DNA of 64,000 nt from Amoebidium appalachense. Its lineage: Eukaryota; Protista; Ichthyosporea. The translations under genes and the position numbers were made by a program. Location of the stretch: positions 4,223,502 through 4,287,501 of the forward strand of contig CAVNZM010000015.1 of the NCBI GenBank assembly GCA_963693365.1, in the 5' to 3' direction. Positions 1 through 56,759 of the stretch are shown here, in pieces. The notes below the pieces were generated by a model. The model searched no databases. It was not told the DNA's origin and saw only the letters and a program-made list of their open reading frames with translations. Numbering within the stretch: position 1 is the first letter of the stretch; each line of letters opens with the position of its first letter.

Positions 1-1149
1 CATCTGTAGATATCTTCGTGACGTGAGATCTCCAATGCCATCCCGGCGGCCGCTCTAACATAAAGACCGACCGATATCGATAGCCTAGCACGCTGCCTTT
101 CAGTTCTGGACTCCCTCGATGTATGTACATATATGCATGTACATGCGTTCCATTATTCGGTATAGCAGCTTCACATCGTCTTGTTCTAGCTCAGTAGTAC
201 ATTTATGAGTTCGAGACATGATATTCCTACTCTTTTTCAATTTTATTTAAGAGCAACTATTGCGAAAATTAAACCGCATGGCTTTTAGACATTTCGTTGA
301 AAACTAAGACTAAGGTATGTGCACCTGTGGTTTACCAACGACATGCTATGTAGTACAACAGACAACAAATATATCTCAGGCACCCTGCAGATTTCACTTT
401 CCTTCCTGTTTTTTTTTTTTTTTTTTTTTTTTTTTGCCCCCGAAAGTTTTTAAAGCAGAGCCTCGAACCCATAATATACTTGCTACAAGGGTTGTTCTTG
501 TGGTACTAACCCATATCTACCGAAGAGTGCATGAATCCAAAAAGAAGAAATTCATCGATTGTGTTGCAAGCCTCAAACACTTGAATAGGTGACCGCCCTG
601 TTGTTTTTCATCAGTTTTGTCGTTTGTTCTAGAAAAGGAAAAGCATGCCATTATGTCATATGTAAACACAGAACCTGGTAGGCTCCACACTGCAAGCTTC
701 TCAACTTTCCAACTTTTCTCTCCATAGGTACCCACAGAAGACACGAAAGAACATTTCGCAGCTGGGGGCAACTACGTGCACGTGTGTTACCGTCTTCACC
801 TGGCACAAAAATAGCGTACACCGGCTGCCGCAGCCACGGTAGTGCTTTTGTACCGGATACGGATTCTACATAGAGCCACATGCGGGTCCCAAAGTAGGAC
901 ATTTTTTTTTTAAAGCCCTTACTGAATCTTGGCTACATGGTGCATACTAGAATTGCGATGCATCTTTATGGCATCACCAAATACGGATAAAATTCAGTGA
1001 CAACACAAAAGCAGGTGCAAACTAGAAATTGACACAGCTCAATTGCCAACCATACACCACAACCAGTTATTCTCAGGGCCACGTGTTTCACCACTACACA
1101 CAATAATACATCCCATCTCACTTCGCCACTTTTAGTAACACAACAGAAT

Positions 1150-6240
<5,091 letters not shown>

Positions 6241-6774
6241 ATGTTCGGCTCCTGATCGTTCGATTCTTTCCCCCCTTTCCCCCTCATTCCCTTACCCACC
6301 GTCCCCAAGCAATCAGCTAGTAGTTGTTGCACTTATCAAATCATATTTTTTTACTTTCGCAATTACAGAAGCCTAATACAGTTCACACATGAGCATAATT
6401 TCTCTATCGCACTTTTCAAAGCACACCCGTTTTTTCCAATCTTTGGAATAGTTGATAGTATCATATATTTATCGGTGCTTTTTTTTTTGTCTTCATTTAA
6501 TTGGATGAACGGTTGCCAGGATCGAAGGCGGCAGCTGAATTAATTAATTTCCGTACGTGATGTTTGACGCATATAAAAATACATCATGGTTTTTCGAATA
6601 CGATAAATGAAGAATTCCGAACTTTTAAGCTTAAAATTTGCGAAAATTGACATTGATAATGATGATTTAGCCATGAAAGGAAGCATCATCACTGCATGAT
6701 AGACAAAGTTTTGATAGTTCGTCAATTTTTTGGTGGTTGGTGTACACGCGTCGGATTTCATGTTCACGTTAAAT

Positions 6775-6810
<36 letters not shown>

Positions 6811-6811
6811 A

Positions 6812-6884
<73 letters not shown>
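6811..6884. repeat. (GCAC)n tetranucleotide repeat embedded in (CA)n
   Basis: About 18 tandem units. Confidence 0.95.
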
Positions 6885-6895
<11 letters not shown>

Positions 6896-7564
6896 CACAC
6901 ACGCACGCACGCACGCACGCACACACGCACACACACACACACACACACACACTGATTTTGATTGTTAGCAAGTTTGAATTGAGGTTCATCAGGGCGGTTT
7001 TAAGCGAATTTTACTTGATGAACCCTATTGGCCATGTATGCCCTAATGTGTTTTAGCCAGTGAGAATCCCATAGCACACTTATTTTTGATTTCCTGAATT
7101 CCCTGTTTTCAAGCAGTTGATTATTGGCGAAAGAATGAAACACATCTGCATAAAAGCACACACACATAAACACACGTGTGTTGGTTCTGTTTTTTTGACG
7201 TCGCTTATCCCTATTTGGCTTCCAATTTAATTTTAAGATATGATTTTCCTTCAGCATGCACGCATTTGATCGTTACTTATACCTCCGTACGCGTGACACA
7301 CGGGCCCTCGGGATGTGGCTACAGAAATCTTGCCATCCCTTTTCAGTTTAGACGTTAGATTCTAAACATAAAACGATGAGTTCTAACACTTAATCAATAT
7401 GAACTTGCCAATCTGGGTGTTGCTCATTCGGCACTGATCATACCCTCCCCCCCCCCTCTCTCCGCCCCTTATTTACAAAAAAAAAAAAAAAAGGAATAAA
7501 CCACCACCACACGGTGCGCGCGCACACACACACACGTGGAAACACACATGCACACGCACGCGCG

Positions 7565-7603
<39 letters not shown>

Positions 7604-7831
7604 GCGCGCGTACAGCGGGCTAAATGACAAATAAGAGATTCATGTCCAACCAAAGAATCCACAAAACCATACTGACATTTACAAATGCAACTGGAATTTG
7701 GAGTGCTGGGCCCTTTTTAATGCGGAAATACACTCGACTGGCGCATTTTTGATGAGAAAAACCCGGAAATTTTGGAGACAAAGGCAAAGTTTGTTAGGTG
7801 CCTCCCCCCCTTCCCCCCCCCCCCCCCCCCC

Positions 7832-7872
<41 letters not shown>

Positions 7873-8836
7873 CACAATTTAGTACACCGTACAACGGTGC
7901 ACAGGTAGTTGAATAACATCTTTATTTGCTCAAATTTTACAAAAACTTTATAAACTCTGGTATGCATAGCACATTCCAAAGGGTGTAAACGCGTGGTTGG
8001 TTATGCAGATCACGCAATTCCAAATGTTGATCTTCCCTCCTTTGAAAAAAAAAATCCTCAGGAGCCTCTGAGAAAATCATTGAAGGTCCTCTCGAATTTT
8101 GGGTGATCTGTGGTATGCAAAAAACCTTCCAAATGTGGATGAGCTTCTAAACGTGCTTTAACTCTGGTATGCATAGTGCATTCCACTAGTTGCTACACTG
8201 GCAAATACCTTGTCCTCGGGCCGCTATTATAACGACACTCAGCGCAGTACACACTAAAAAGTTTAGGCAGCTAAACCTATCACGGGGCGGTTTTAATAAG
8301 CTTATGGTTTAAAGAACCGGTATCAACCCTAACTTGATTAAAGGTGAATACGCAGCAATCCAAGATTTGCATGCACAAACGTACTTATCAAACCAAAAAA
8401 AACTAATGTAAGAGTTACTATGCAATCCCGAACGAACCTGAAAAGGGAAAAAGGAAAAGTATAAAAGGTAAACAACTACCGTTGGCCAGTTTTCTTGTAA
8501 AAGATGCAACTCGAAATATCACAAAGCACACACACAAATGGTGGTTCCTTAGTTCGAAGCCAGCCCGTGTCGGCATAATAATTTAAGGGAGAGAACGTCG
8601 CAGCAAGGTTCTATAAAGGAATTATGCTAGAATGGGAAGGATGAGAAAAAAGACCAAGATAGGGCTGTTGCAGCCATGTTTTTTTTTTTTTTTTTTTTTT
8701 TTTTCGAGGGGGGGCGGGGGAGGGGGGGAGGGGGGAGGGGGAAGAGAGAGAAAGGGGGGGGAGGGAGGGGATGGATGGGGGAAGAAGAAAAAGGGAAGGA
8801 GAGGGGGGGGGGGGGGGGGGGGGGGGGGCTTTATTC

Positions 8837-19400
<10,564 letters not shown>

Positions 19401-20621
19401 TTTCGTTGTGAGGCGACAAAACGATGCGCAGAATGGACTTCGCTCCGGCAAGAGATTGGGCACACTGATTTGTGATGTGTGCACTACGCGTGTGCCATGT
19501 GCGTGTGTTTGTTGGAATGTGGTTACCACTACTTAACCTAGTGTGGGCTGTTTCCAAATGTGTTAAAAGTCTCACGTTAATCAAGGAGCCGCATTACAAT
19601 AAGTGAATGAACGAGCCTCAGACGTGACGTACAGAGGCCGGACTGTAACGGCGACAGGGTGTGAGTGAAAAACGAGAAAATGGAAAAGTGTAAACAAAGA
19701 ACAAGCTTGCCCCGGGCTGTGGAATGTTGTCCGAATAAAGCTCCTTATACCCCAACGAAGTGGGTTTTATGAACGACTCAATTTTTTTTTCTTCTTTTGA
19801 CTGGATTTATTCAACGGAAAGATATGCAAGTATGCACGGCATACAGAGAAGACAATAAAAACTTCACGAGTTATCCAGTAACAAGTGCATACTGAGATAC
19901 CTGAACACTGTGTGAAAATCATATAAAAAAGATCATCAATAAACCCGAGTCAAAAGAATTTTTTTTTTTTGCAAGGTAAAGATTTTAAATCAATATATGT
20001 ATTACAAAATGCAAATGTTGAAAAAACAAAACCCCACGGCGAACTCTACTTCCCGCCGTGATCCGACGGGAGTTGCGGCATCATCATAGTTGACACCAGA
20101 ACAAATTTAAACCACGTCCATATTATAACTTATGCGTTGAAGGTTATAAATAATACATATCGTTACTGGCCTGCATCACACACACAGGCTTATGGAATTT
20201 TTCCTAGTCTACAACTTTACCATATAATATCCTATCCTTTTACAACATACGTATAGGCACAAGTTCTGCACATTATGTAACAGTATCATAATCATACAGC
20301 AATTTTGCAAAAAGCAAGCCACTGCGTTTGATTGGCGCAGGACATTTAGAATGCAGTATCATCCAATCAGGTAATCTAGCTAAATATAGGCGCAGTATAA
20401 ATACCTCGTACAGTACGTGATCAGTGCACAAAACAGGTGTACACAGTTGCACAGGTGTATAATTATAAAGTGATGAGATCCGGCTCTCCCATTCGGAAAC
20501 AGTTACATACTGAGTCCGACTACATAGTCAGGCCGCTAGCGCTAGCCTACGGAGCCAACCCTCCCCTTCCCCCCCCCCCCCCCTCTTTCTCACGTACAGA
20601 AGAGTCTCAAGAGCTCGGAGT

Positions 20622-20866
<245 letters not shown>

Positions 20867-21727
20867 TGAGAACATACCCCAGGCCACAGGGCGCGGCGAG
20901 TTCGCACCACTTTTACACCTTTACACATTTGCTGCACCTATACGAAGCTTCATTTTGCAATGCATATGGCCCCTCGAACTTGGACAGAAAAAACATGTTG
21001 CACAAGTTCCGGTGGTCAGTTGCTGAATATTTATATTTACAATAATATGGATTCGAGATCAAACATAAACTTTAAATTGCATGACATATGGACAGCCGAC
21101 GTGTAACCATTTTTTATTGGTCAGATGATCCAATAGATTTATTGGCTTTATAATATATACAGGCGCTTTGTTGGAACTTCATAACTAAACGAACATAACA
21201 TTGCAATATTCAGTCCCGCCATGGTGCACGTGCACCATCCCATCGCGAATTCGGAATGGCATTGACCAAAAACAATACCCCCACTTTGTTAAATTTTGCA
21301 AAAAAAAAAAAAAAAAAAAAAAAAAAACAAATGCACACAATCGCAAATTTTTTATTTTATTTTGCCACTAGCTCCTATTTTAGATATGTGGCCTTTTCTA
21401 CTATATGTCCCCCTGGGCACCATTCAAACTTGTGGCTCCGCGATCACATACCACCCACACCCAAAAAACACCCACCCATATTCCGTTCACCAAAAAATAA
21501 CAGAAAACACGGTCTCCCACACAAACACAAACGAATAATTTTCGAAGAACAAAACGTGAGCGTTCCCTTAAGTCTTCCAGGATCTAGGGCGTCTATAGAC
21601 ATGTAATTTTGTTATTGCATCACACAACCAGACTATAATAAGGGACTTGCATACAGCGCGCGTGTCGATCGAAATAATGCAAATCGGAACTAATTAACAG
21701 CGATTATGCATATGTTACATCTAGTAG

Positions 21728-21762
<35 letters not shown>

Positions 21763-21766
21763 ACCC

Positions 21767-21837
21767 AAACAAAAACAAAAACAAAAACAAAAACAAAAAA
21801 CAAAAACAAAAACAAAAACAAAAACAAAAACAAAAAC
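21767..21837. repeat. (AAAAAC)n hexanucleotide repeat
   Basis: About 11 tandem units following a poly-C run. Confidence 0.93.
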
Positions 21838-22202
21838 AAAAAAAAAACTTCCCTCCCCAAAATGGAGGGGAAAAAGGGAAGCGAAAAAACAATGTCTCAC
21901 TTTTTTGTGCACATGCGAGGCATACCAAGCCCCAGTCCAGGACTTCGCCCACGAACAAACACATATCGAAGCATAGATGCAAACGACTGCAGATAAAAAA
22001 GACTCGCAACCAAAAATAGAATGCCCAATTATGGTTAAAAAAGTCATGTCTCCGGTCCCCCTAGATCCAGTTTCACATAACCTGCTACCCCACGTAAATG
22101 TATCTGTTCAAAACAGGCAGTTCAAATTCTAATGGATGATGTGTGAAAACCACGTTTGGGGCCGTATAAGGTTTCCACCGTTACGTGCACGGCATTGCGG
22201 AA

Positions 22203-22246
<44 letters not shown>

Positions 22247-22575
22247 AGGCTGATTTCGAGCGTGTGTCTATTTAACATAAATAATACATTAGAACCCGTC
22301 AGATGCAGAACAACCGACGTTCCAGGTCTCAAAAATCGAAGGGGGGGCCCGTTCAATGAACGGAAAGTCTCCCCCCTGGCCTTCAACTGGCCCCAAAGGA
22401 ACAATAAACAAAAATGCCCACCGACAAAAACATGACGCGTCGCCATGCTTGGCAGGGAACGGGAGGGGAAAAAGTCTGAAAAAACCAAAAAAAATAAGAA
22501 AGAATACAAAAAGTAAGCTTGACGCACGTTCCGCCCGCGTGCATCCTTCCTTGCACGTACACACATCCGACGCGT

Positions 22576-23319
22576 TCATATACCACCCCGCTCTGGCGTC
22601 TCATCACATAGATATCTCATGTTTGCCTGTGTGGGACTCTTCACGCCATCTGTGGCTTCGCTCCCCACCGACAATCGTGCTGTGGATTCACCGTTTGCAT
22701 CCGTTTCCGTCCCAGTCACCAACTCGTATCCATCGTCCGAGATGCTTCCGTTTTCATCCTCCTCTCCAATAGAAAACGGCGGTAGAGTCTGCGGGCGTAT
22801 TGTTTGTGCTGCGGTGAAAGCCGGGATTAGATTTGGGATTAATGCTACAGGGGGTGCATTTACGATTACGATCTAGGTGAGATTGATAGCTGAATTCTGC
22901 CGTGCCAGCTGCGTCCGGAAAGGTTTGGTGCAAGCACAAAAGGGACAGATGGTACATGTTACCACCGCAAATGGCCAAAACCACTCTTTGACTGTATAGG
23001 ATAAACCACATGGAAGAGGTGCACAGAGAAACCGAGGAGAGAGAGGGGGGGGGGGGGGTGGGGGGGGGGGGGGGGGGGGGGGGAGAGCCGGGAAAGGGGG
23101 GGGGGGGAGGAGAGAGAGGGGGGGGGGGAGCCGGGAAAGGGGGGAGGGGGGGAGGGAGAGAGGGGGGGGGGGGGAGGAGGGAGGAAGAGAGAGAGGGGTG
23201 GGAGGGGGAAGAGAGAGAGAGGGAAGGGGAGAGAGAGAGAGGATTGAGAGGGGGGGGAGAAGAGAGGGAGGGAGGGAGGGAGGGAGGGAGAGAGAGAGAG
23301 GAGGGGGAGAGAGAGGGGG

Positions 23320-23397
<78 letters not shown>

Positions 23398-23442
23398 GAG
23401 AGAGAGCATTTTTTTGGGTGTGTGTGTGTGTATGTGTGTGTA

Positions 23443-23502
<60 letters not shown>

Positions 23503-23504
23503 TG

Positions 23505-23535
<31 letters not shown>

Positions 23536-23618
23536 TCTGTGTACCATTGATAGTGTAGCCGCACATGTGGTCCAATAGCAACAGAGCAAAAGCAAACAAT
23601 CCGGAACCAAAGAACACA
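22576..23618 (-). CDS. Candidate extra exons: hydrophobic segments plus acidic tail; alternative kinase C-terminus or part of a separate gene
   Basis: Phase-compatible exons 23618-23545 (VFFGSGLFAFALLLLDHMCGYTIN), 22991-22963 (VKEWFWPFAV) and 22872-22576 (IVIVNAPPVALIP...EEDENGSISDDGYELV...GGI*). Joining to the kinase requires a 43-nt intron gtaagc..cag at 23661-23619. Confidence 0.4.
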
Positions 23619-23657
23619 CTGTCATGGTATTATTGTGAAGCATGGATGGGAGTGAGC

Positions 23658-34662
<11,005 letters not shown>

Positions 34663-36342
34663 TTTCGAAGGTTAGAAGGGGACACCCGTCCCTGGTAACG
34701 AAGTCGGAGAGTAGGCGGCGGTTAAAGGGTTGAAGACCTCGGGAAAAAGGGAGACACAGTCCTCGTTCTTTAAAAGGAGAAAGAATATCTAGCGACCCTT
34801 TTGCTTCACTAATTCGCTTCTCGTTTGCAATTTTTTTTTAAAATGTGCTACTCCGCGGAAGTTATGGAAAAATGGAGAGTGTCAGAAAAGAAGGAGCGAC
34901 TCCTAGCTCAACGGGGCTGTGTATTACATTATCATCTTTCAGCTTCAAAAACCATCAAGCTCGCTTCACTCCTTTCTTTCTCAATGCTGTTGTCCTGCTG
35001 CTACGCGAATGCCATGTGCATATTTGTAGGGAACGACAGAAAACATCTGCAAGCTAACTTCAGCATGTAAATTTAGTTCAGCTTTTCCTTCTCCACCACT
35101 AGAACAAAGGCGGGCTTTTCCCAGCGGAGTATAGTTCGTGTAAAGCAGGTGTGAGAACCAGAAGCAAAACTACGTTTCCCTTTCAAACTGACGTTCCTAC
35201 AAAAACTAATGCCACGCAGGTGACAAACAATTACTATAAAGTAACGTTGACCAAAAACTTTTTTCGTTCGCTAGCGCGTTAGTACTCTGCGCAAAAGAAA
35301 AAGCAGATTTTGTGCTCAGAAGCTCAAGTGCACAAAGCCTTTCAAGGAAACCCCCCTAGATCAGTGATGGAAACCCAGAAGCTAGGGTGAGTGAGCCCCC
35401 TTGCAGTGCCCCACCTTGGTCTGAGTGTGTGAGAGATTTCTCATACAAGTATGCCACGGTGGCTGGAAAACAGAGAAGTTTCTGCTACTGAGAGCAAAGC
35501 ATTTTTAGCATCCATGCTGAAACCAGTTAGTAAAATGCATATTCCATGTGCACGTATCATCAAGCCGTGATAGGCCTAAGCCTTCTTTACGGAAAAAACC
35601 GGAAATTTAGAAAAGATATGCTGAACAGAAATACTGATTTGATTACTTGTACGTTTATGTGCGTGCAAAAGGACATACTTTTATATGGGTAATAACATGT
35701 AATAATCCAGCTTAGCTGCTTTTAGGATGAATGATGGAGTCGGAGCTAGGAGGTGGGAGTAGAAAACAAAATATGACCTTGCCGTGAATTGTGGGGTTGT
35801 ATTGATAAGTTATGATCCCGGGAGAACCACTCTCAAAAATAGCCCCAATCATCATCTTCGAAAGCTTTGCGACTTGAATCTCCCTTGGTGTAGGGGGGTT
35901 TTCTGATTCTCCCTTGAAACTCCAAGCCTTCAGGCTTCTTGTTTGGTACAGACACATTTACAAGATAAATTAGTCTTTTCCTTCCACATTTTTATGTTAT
36001 ATTTTATTAAAAAATTCTTTATTCCATGGGACATTCAAGTGTCGGGATCTCTTAAATTTAGAGCACGGCTCAGGATTCCAGGATTCAAGCCACATTGCCT
36101 GCGCCCCTCGGCCCCTCGGCGCACGTACCAGGTCCGTGATCACAAATTCACATCCGTGATCACTGGATGACCAAGGGCGAATCAACCTTGAGGCCTCCTA
36201 GATACAATCTACACTAGGAGGCCTTGGGGCGAATGGATGTTGTCAAGATTAGATCGCAAACAAACTCTATGATGATATTTTCATTTTTTTAAAACATAAC
36301 CATATAGGTACATATTTAGAGATCTGTCACTCTTGAACTTAC

Positions 36343-36872
36343 AGAACTCTCTGAGTTCAAAAGTCCCTAGAGCTATATGCATATATGGCAGGGCATGCCC
36401 AACAGCGCCAAGTCCAATCGCTGACGCGGTTGATGATTGGACAAACTGCACGATTTGAAAAAGGAATATTTGAGCATTCAAAGCATTTTAAATTCTTGTT
36501 TGCCGTCTGTCTTATTCGGCTAGGCAAGCGAAAAAACTTAATATTCTTTCGTAAAGAGAGTGTGAGTCACCAAAAACCAAATTCCCTACAGTGCTACCGA
36601 CAATTGAAGCCGCTGCCGCCGGCGGCGGAGAACATTCAAGTGAAAACACAAAACAACGGACCGCATGATTTGTCAAATATCACACTCACTTTATGGACAG
36701 TGCGAGAGTGATTGCTCATTGGCTATGATGAGTAGCCGGCCGCGGGGCATGACCGGGGGCGAGGGGGGGGGGGGGGGGGGGGGGGGGGATCAGCCACGCA
36801 CACATCCACTGTGACACACACGGTGACACGCACGTGTACACACACACACACTCTCTCTCTCTCTCTCGCACG

Positions 36873-36906
<34 letters not shown>

Positions 36907-37048
36907 GCGCGCGTGCGAGATTGAGAGAGAGGGAGAGAGGGAGAGGGATAGGGAGAGAGAGAGAGCTCAGTGACTGAACAGCATGACCCATCAATATCCG
37001 GCAACGTTGCCCCGAGGCTCCGGACCAAGGCCTCCTTAATATCTATCC
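36343..37048 (-). CDS. Candidate exons of unknown gene
   Basis: Open non-repetitive islands with splice-like ends: aag|GIDIKEALVRSLGATLPDIDG at about 37048-36985 and gtgcag|FVQSSTASAIGLGAVGHALPYMHIALGTFELREF|gtaagt at 36445-36343. Linkage is not established. Confidence 0.25.
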
Positions 37049-37452
37049 CTTGCTCCAGACACACACACAATTACATGGCACACATGCACACACGCGCGCG
37101 CGCGCACTGGAAGACGTACACACGCATGCTTTGTCACAGTCATACCGTATATACACATACACACACCAATGATGTGGGACGGTGTAGGACGGTCACACAC
37201 ACATACACGGATACCGACACACAGACAGCGCCTTGCCTTGAGCAAAATTTGATGCAGACATGCCAAGAAGGTTAAATTCAAAGGAGGGGAACAGAGGAGG
37301 CACTAGTACTGAGGGTGCATGTGTACGTATGTATTACGTGTGTGTGCGCATGCGTACGCGTGTGTGCGTGTATGTGTGTGTGTGTGTATGCGTGTGTGTG
37401 TGTGCGTGTGTGTGTGTGTGTGTGTGTGCGTGTGTGTGCGCGCGCGCCTTCT

Positions 37453-37487
<35 letters not shown>

Positions 37488-37542
37488 GTGGGGGGGGGGG
37501 GGGGGGGGAGGGTCTACTATCGAAACGGTACCTTGCTGCACG

Positions 37543-52894
<15,352 letters not shown>

Positions 52895-53297
52895 CTATAA
52901 AGAGTAGAACCTACGCCCTGATAAGAGAACACGCACTACCGCCACTAATGCACACAATTTAGGATGTTTATTGTGCCTAAAAGGGAGCATGGACACTGCA
53001 CTTTCTACCAATTCCCGGTATTTAAAAACAAGTTTGACCAACATAAAACATTGTTCCCAACACATAGACTGTGTGTGAAGGCTGTTCTGTGTGTGCACGT
53101 GCATGTGCATTATGAGGGCAAAGTATTCAAATCGAATCTGAATCGATTTCATTTGTTTACGATTTACGCAAACAGCCAAATAGTGTCTTTTTTTTACGCA
53201 AACAATCTATTTCAACTGAGATCTATCCGGATCCCTCCCAAATGTATTATAGAAATGCATTGCCAGCCAATGCCGGACCAGTGCCCCCCCTTCCCCG

Positions 53298-53335
<38 letters not shown>

Positions 53336-53801
53336 ACTCCTGCCGGGCCCCGGCCCCTCATTTCACCCGGTCCCTCCCGCCTCCCCCCTCCCCCCCCTCC
53401 TCCTCAGACCCCACTCCCCCGTCTCCTCCTGTCCTAAAATAACACGAAAAGCTCTGTTGCAAATTTACACGGTGTTAGATATAAAGAGAAACGCCCGGAC
53501 GCTCCAAATTTTGAACCGCCCATATATATATAACGCAGACAGGACCGGACCAGTATGTAAGCTGAGCTCGAGACAAGTTCTCGCGGGCGCCAGTCAAGGA
53601 GCTGCCACGTCTGACGCACTGTAATTTGCGGCCCTTGTTACCCCTCGTGTATTAGTCACTCTGAGTGCTGTCTTCCCTGCGGCCTCAAGTTTTTCTGTTT
53701 TTGTTTTATTTATTTTTTTTTTATGTTGCCGCAGGCGTAGTAGTGCCCGGCCACTTACGTAAGCCAGTGGGTACATAGCCTTGGAGACTACTTGTGCTTG
53801 T

Positions 53802-53847
<46 letters not shown>

Positions 53848-54820
53848 GGTTAGTTATGTTCCAGAGAAAAACGTTAGAGGCCGTCTTGGGTCTGGTAGAA
53901 AAACAAAGTGCGATTATGCATTACACAAGAGGAAAGGGAGGGGGGATATTATACCATTTGACAGAATAAGAAAGACGGGGGGGGGGGGGGGGAGGGGGGG
54001 GGAGGGGGGGGGGGGGGAAGGGGGGGGGGGGGGGGGGGCGGACGACAAGAAGGAGAGGCTGGTCCAATTATTTTTATTATTATATTATTATTTAGTCTCT
54101 CTTGGCAATGACCCATTTCCGGAATCGGTCCCAAGGTTAGGTAAAATATTTTACACGTGAGACGAAATAAGCGACTTTTAAAACAGCTGTATCTCTTTTT
54201 GTGTCCCAGTAAATAATACATAATCGGTATTTTGCGTCTTTTAAATGTCCTTTTATTATGTTTATGTTTATATTTACTGGTAGGTGCACACTCATAGGGT
54301 ATTTCATGCAATCAAAGTTGGCCCCGGCCGCATTTCCTGAATTTGGGGCCCCAAAAGACATGTACGCGGGCCACGGATGAGAGTTCAGACACTCAGTTTG
54401 TTTGTTTTTTCTCATTTCTGAAAAGATTCTTTACTGTTAATGTTCAAAGTACCTGTATATTCATTTCATACTGTTTTTGGGTTTGGAATCAAGCTTTTTT
54501 AGGACTTTTGGTGCACTCAAAGTGAGCCCCACCGTCGCGAATTCCCGGGACGCGGCCGCACTAAAGTAAAAAGTCCGATAGGTTTTTTTTTGGAATTAGA
54601 TAATAGCAACCCTCACCAAAAACTACCATTAATAATTATTAGCTGAAGTTCAAAATGAATCTTAGCGGGGTGTTGGCTCCCAAATCAACCCACTTTTCCC
54701 CCAGTAAAAAAGAAAAAAAAGGGGGGGCAAGGGAGATACATCACAGGAGAAGGGGGGGGGGGGGGGGGGGGGGGGGAGGACGAGAGAGAGAAAGGCAGAG
54801 AGGGGGGGGGGGGGGGGGGG

Positions 54821-54981
<161 letters not shown>

Positions 54982-55647
54982 GAGAGAAGGAAAAAGAAAA
55001 GAAAAGAACAGAGAAAAAGGGCGGCGCCACAGGGAGATCTTTGAGTAATAGATTTCCTTCTCGTAGACTCTTATTGTACATAGAAGGCTTGAGAACCGTG
55101 CAACAGCAATTTCACTAGTACACCCTTCCCTCCTCGTTCCCACCTCCCTCACCCCCCTCCCCTCTCACCCCCCTTGGGCCCCCTTTGCCCCCCACGCCAC
55201 CACCACCACCAACTTGAATGATACCCACACATACCTACACCTAAACACCCACCCAGTTTAATTTACTAACGTGCACATGGACCTTACGAACTTGCCAAGA
55301 CCAAATTTCACTTTCTTAGCTTGTCCATCCCCTCATTCATGTGTTTCCTATCTAGTGCTCTTTCTCAGTTGCAATGCATGCATCTCAGGGTTTTCCCGGG
55401 ATAAGGGGGAGAAACTTACATCACCTCCTTTGACGAAAATAGCATCCAGGTCATCGGATTTGATTCCCCCTCCCCCCCCCCCCCGCCCTCCCCCCCCCCC
55501 TCCCCCACCTCTCCGGGCCCCTTTCCCTTCCCTCTCCCTTCTCCCCTCCCCCCCCCCCCCCCTCCCCCCCCCCCCCCCCCCCCCCCCCCCGCCCCCACCC
55601 CTTTTCCCCGTGCCCAGGCCCAAAAACATGCATCATGCTGCGCATAC

Positions 55648-56028
55648 CTGAGGAGCTTCCACACACATGCTCATGAGCTCAACAATCTCTGTACCAGTAC
55701 AGACCTCAAGGAAAGTGTACCGGATACTCACCGTGTGCCAAAATTTATCCGTCTTATGCAGCACACTTGTACGGATTAGCATACACTTGCAGTTTCATGC
55801 AGTACTTTATTGGACTGAATGGGGCCCACACCCACAGATGTGCTACCGCCGCTATACACATGCACACGCACATACCGTGACAAACACACACACACACACA
55901 CATGAGCGTGCATGCACCCACACATATTCACGCACACACACACCCCGTGGCACACACACACACACACACACGTGTTGAGAGAGGGGGGGGGGGGAAGGGG
56001 TGTGTGTGTGTGCGTGTGTGTGTGTGTC

Positions 56029-56082
<54 letters not shown>

Positions 56083-56246
56083 CCCGAGCCACATGAGTTA
56101 AGTCACATGTCAGTACATGATTGGGCTGCCGCTCGGAGGTGCAGATATGGCAAGCCTCGAGCTCCCGGTGTGTTATTCAGGAGGCATGAAAATTTAGGCT
56201 TCTTGTCATCCCGAATAAGTTGGCAGACGGCACAGTGGCCAATCAT
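55648..56246 (-). CDS. Candidate exon pair of unknown gene (possibly 5' exons of the 37.5-52.9 kb gene)
   Basis: 56246-56107 (MIGHCAVCQLIRDDKKPKFSCLL..) and 55765-55648 (VLHKTDKFWHTVSIRYTFLEVCTGTEIVELMSMCVEAPQ|gtatgc) can be joined in phase; no recognisable motif. Confidence 0.3.
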
Positions 56247-56759
56247 TCTGTTGTCACAAAGGATCAATTAGTTGGCAAAATTGGTTGAAGGTACACTTTG
56301 AGAAGAGTTTTCAACATGAGGAAAATAAATGATCCACGGCCACACACAAAAAAAAGTGGCAACAACATACATAATGCCCGAGGGGGAAAAGAAACAGCAT
56401 GTGTCTTTTCCACGGGGGGTCCTGAAAAGCAATCGATTTTAAGTTGGTGTTTGAATGGGCACACTAAGCCCTCGTTTAATACCATTATGAGCGGCTGCCA
56501 CACACAGTGTGGTGCAATGTTAGCCCACATTAGCCAACACATTCATGAAACTGGAAACAATTACATCGTCTACAACGGATCGTGTTACTTTTTTTAGGAT
56601 TAGAATGCTGGCTGAGGTATGCCAGTTCATACATGCAATCATAAAGCTAAGGGCATGAATACTTGTGATAAGCACATACAAAAAGTTTTTGAAGCCATGG
56701 AGGGAAACCGTAACGGTTGCCACTTATAGCACATTCAGCCTGACAAAAAATGTACATTC

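Noticed and set aside
7952-8186. Short direct repeat aactctggtatgcatag..cattcca (about 7953 and 8160) as LTRs or TSDs
   Set aside because: Only about 26 bp, with no element-like interior; most likely an old local duplication.
22873-22875. Stop-codon reassignment (TAG read as sense)
   Set aside because: TAG terminates the transporter and C2H2 genes normally and no in-frame stops occur in conserved domains; this TAG is explainable as a splice acceptor.
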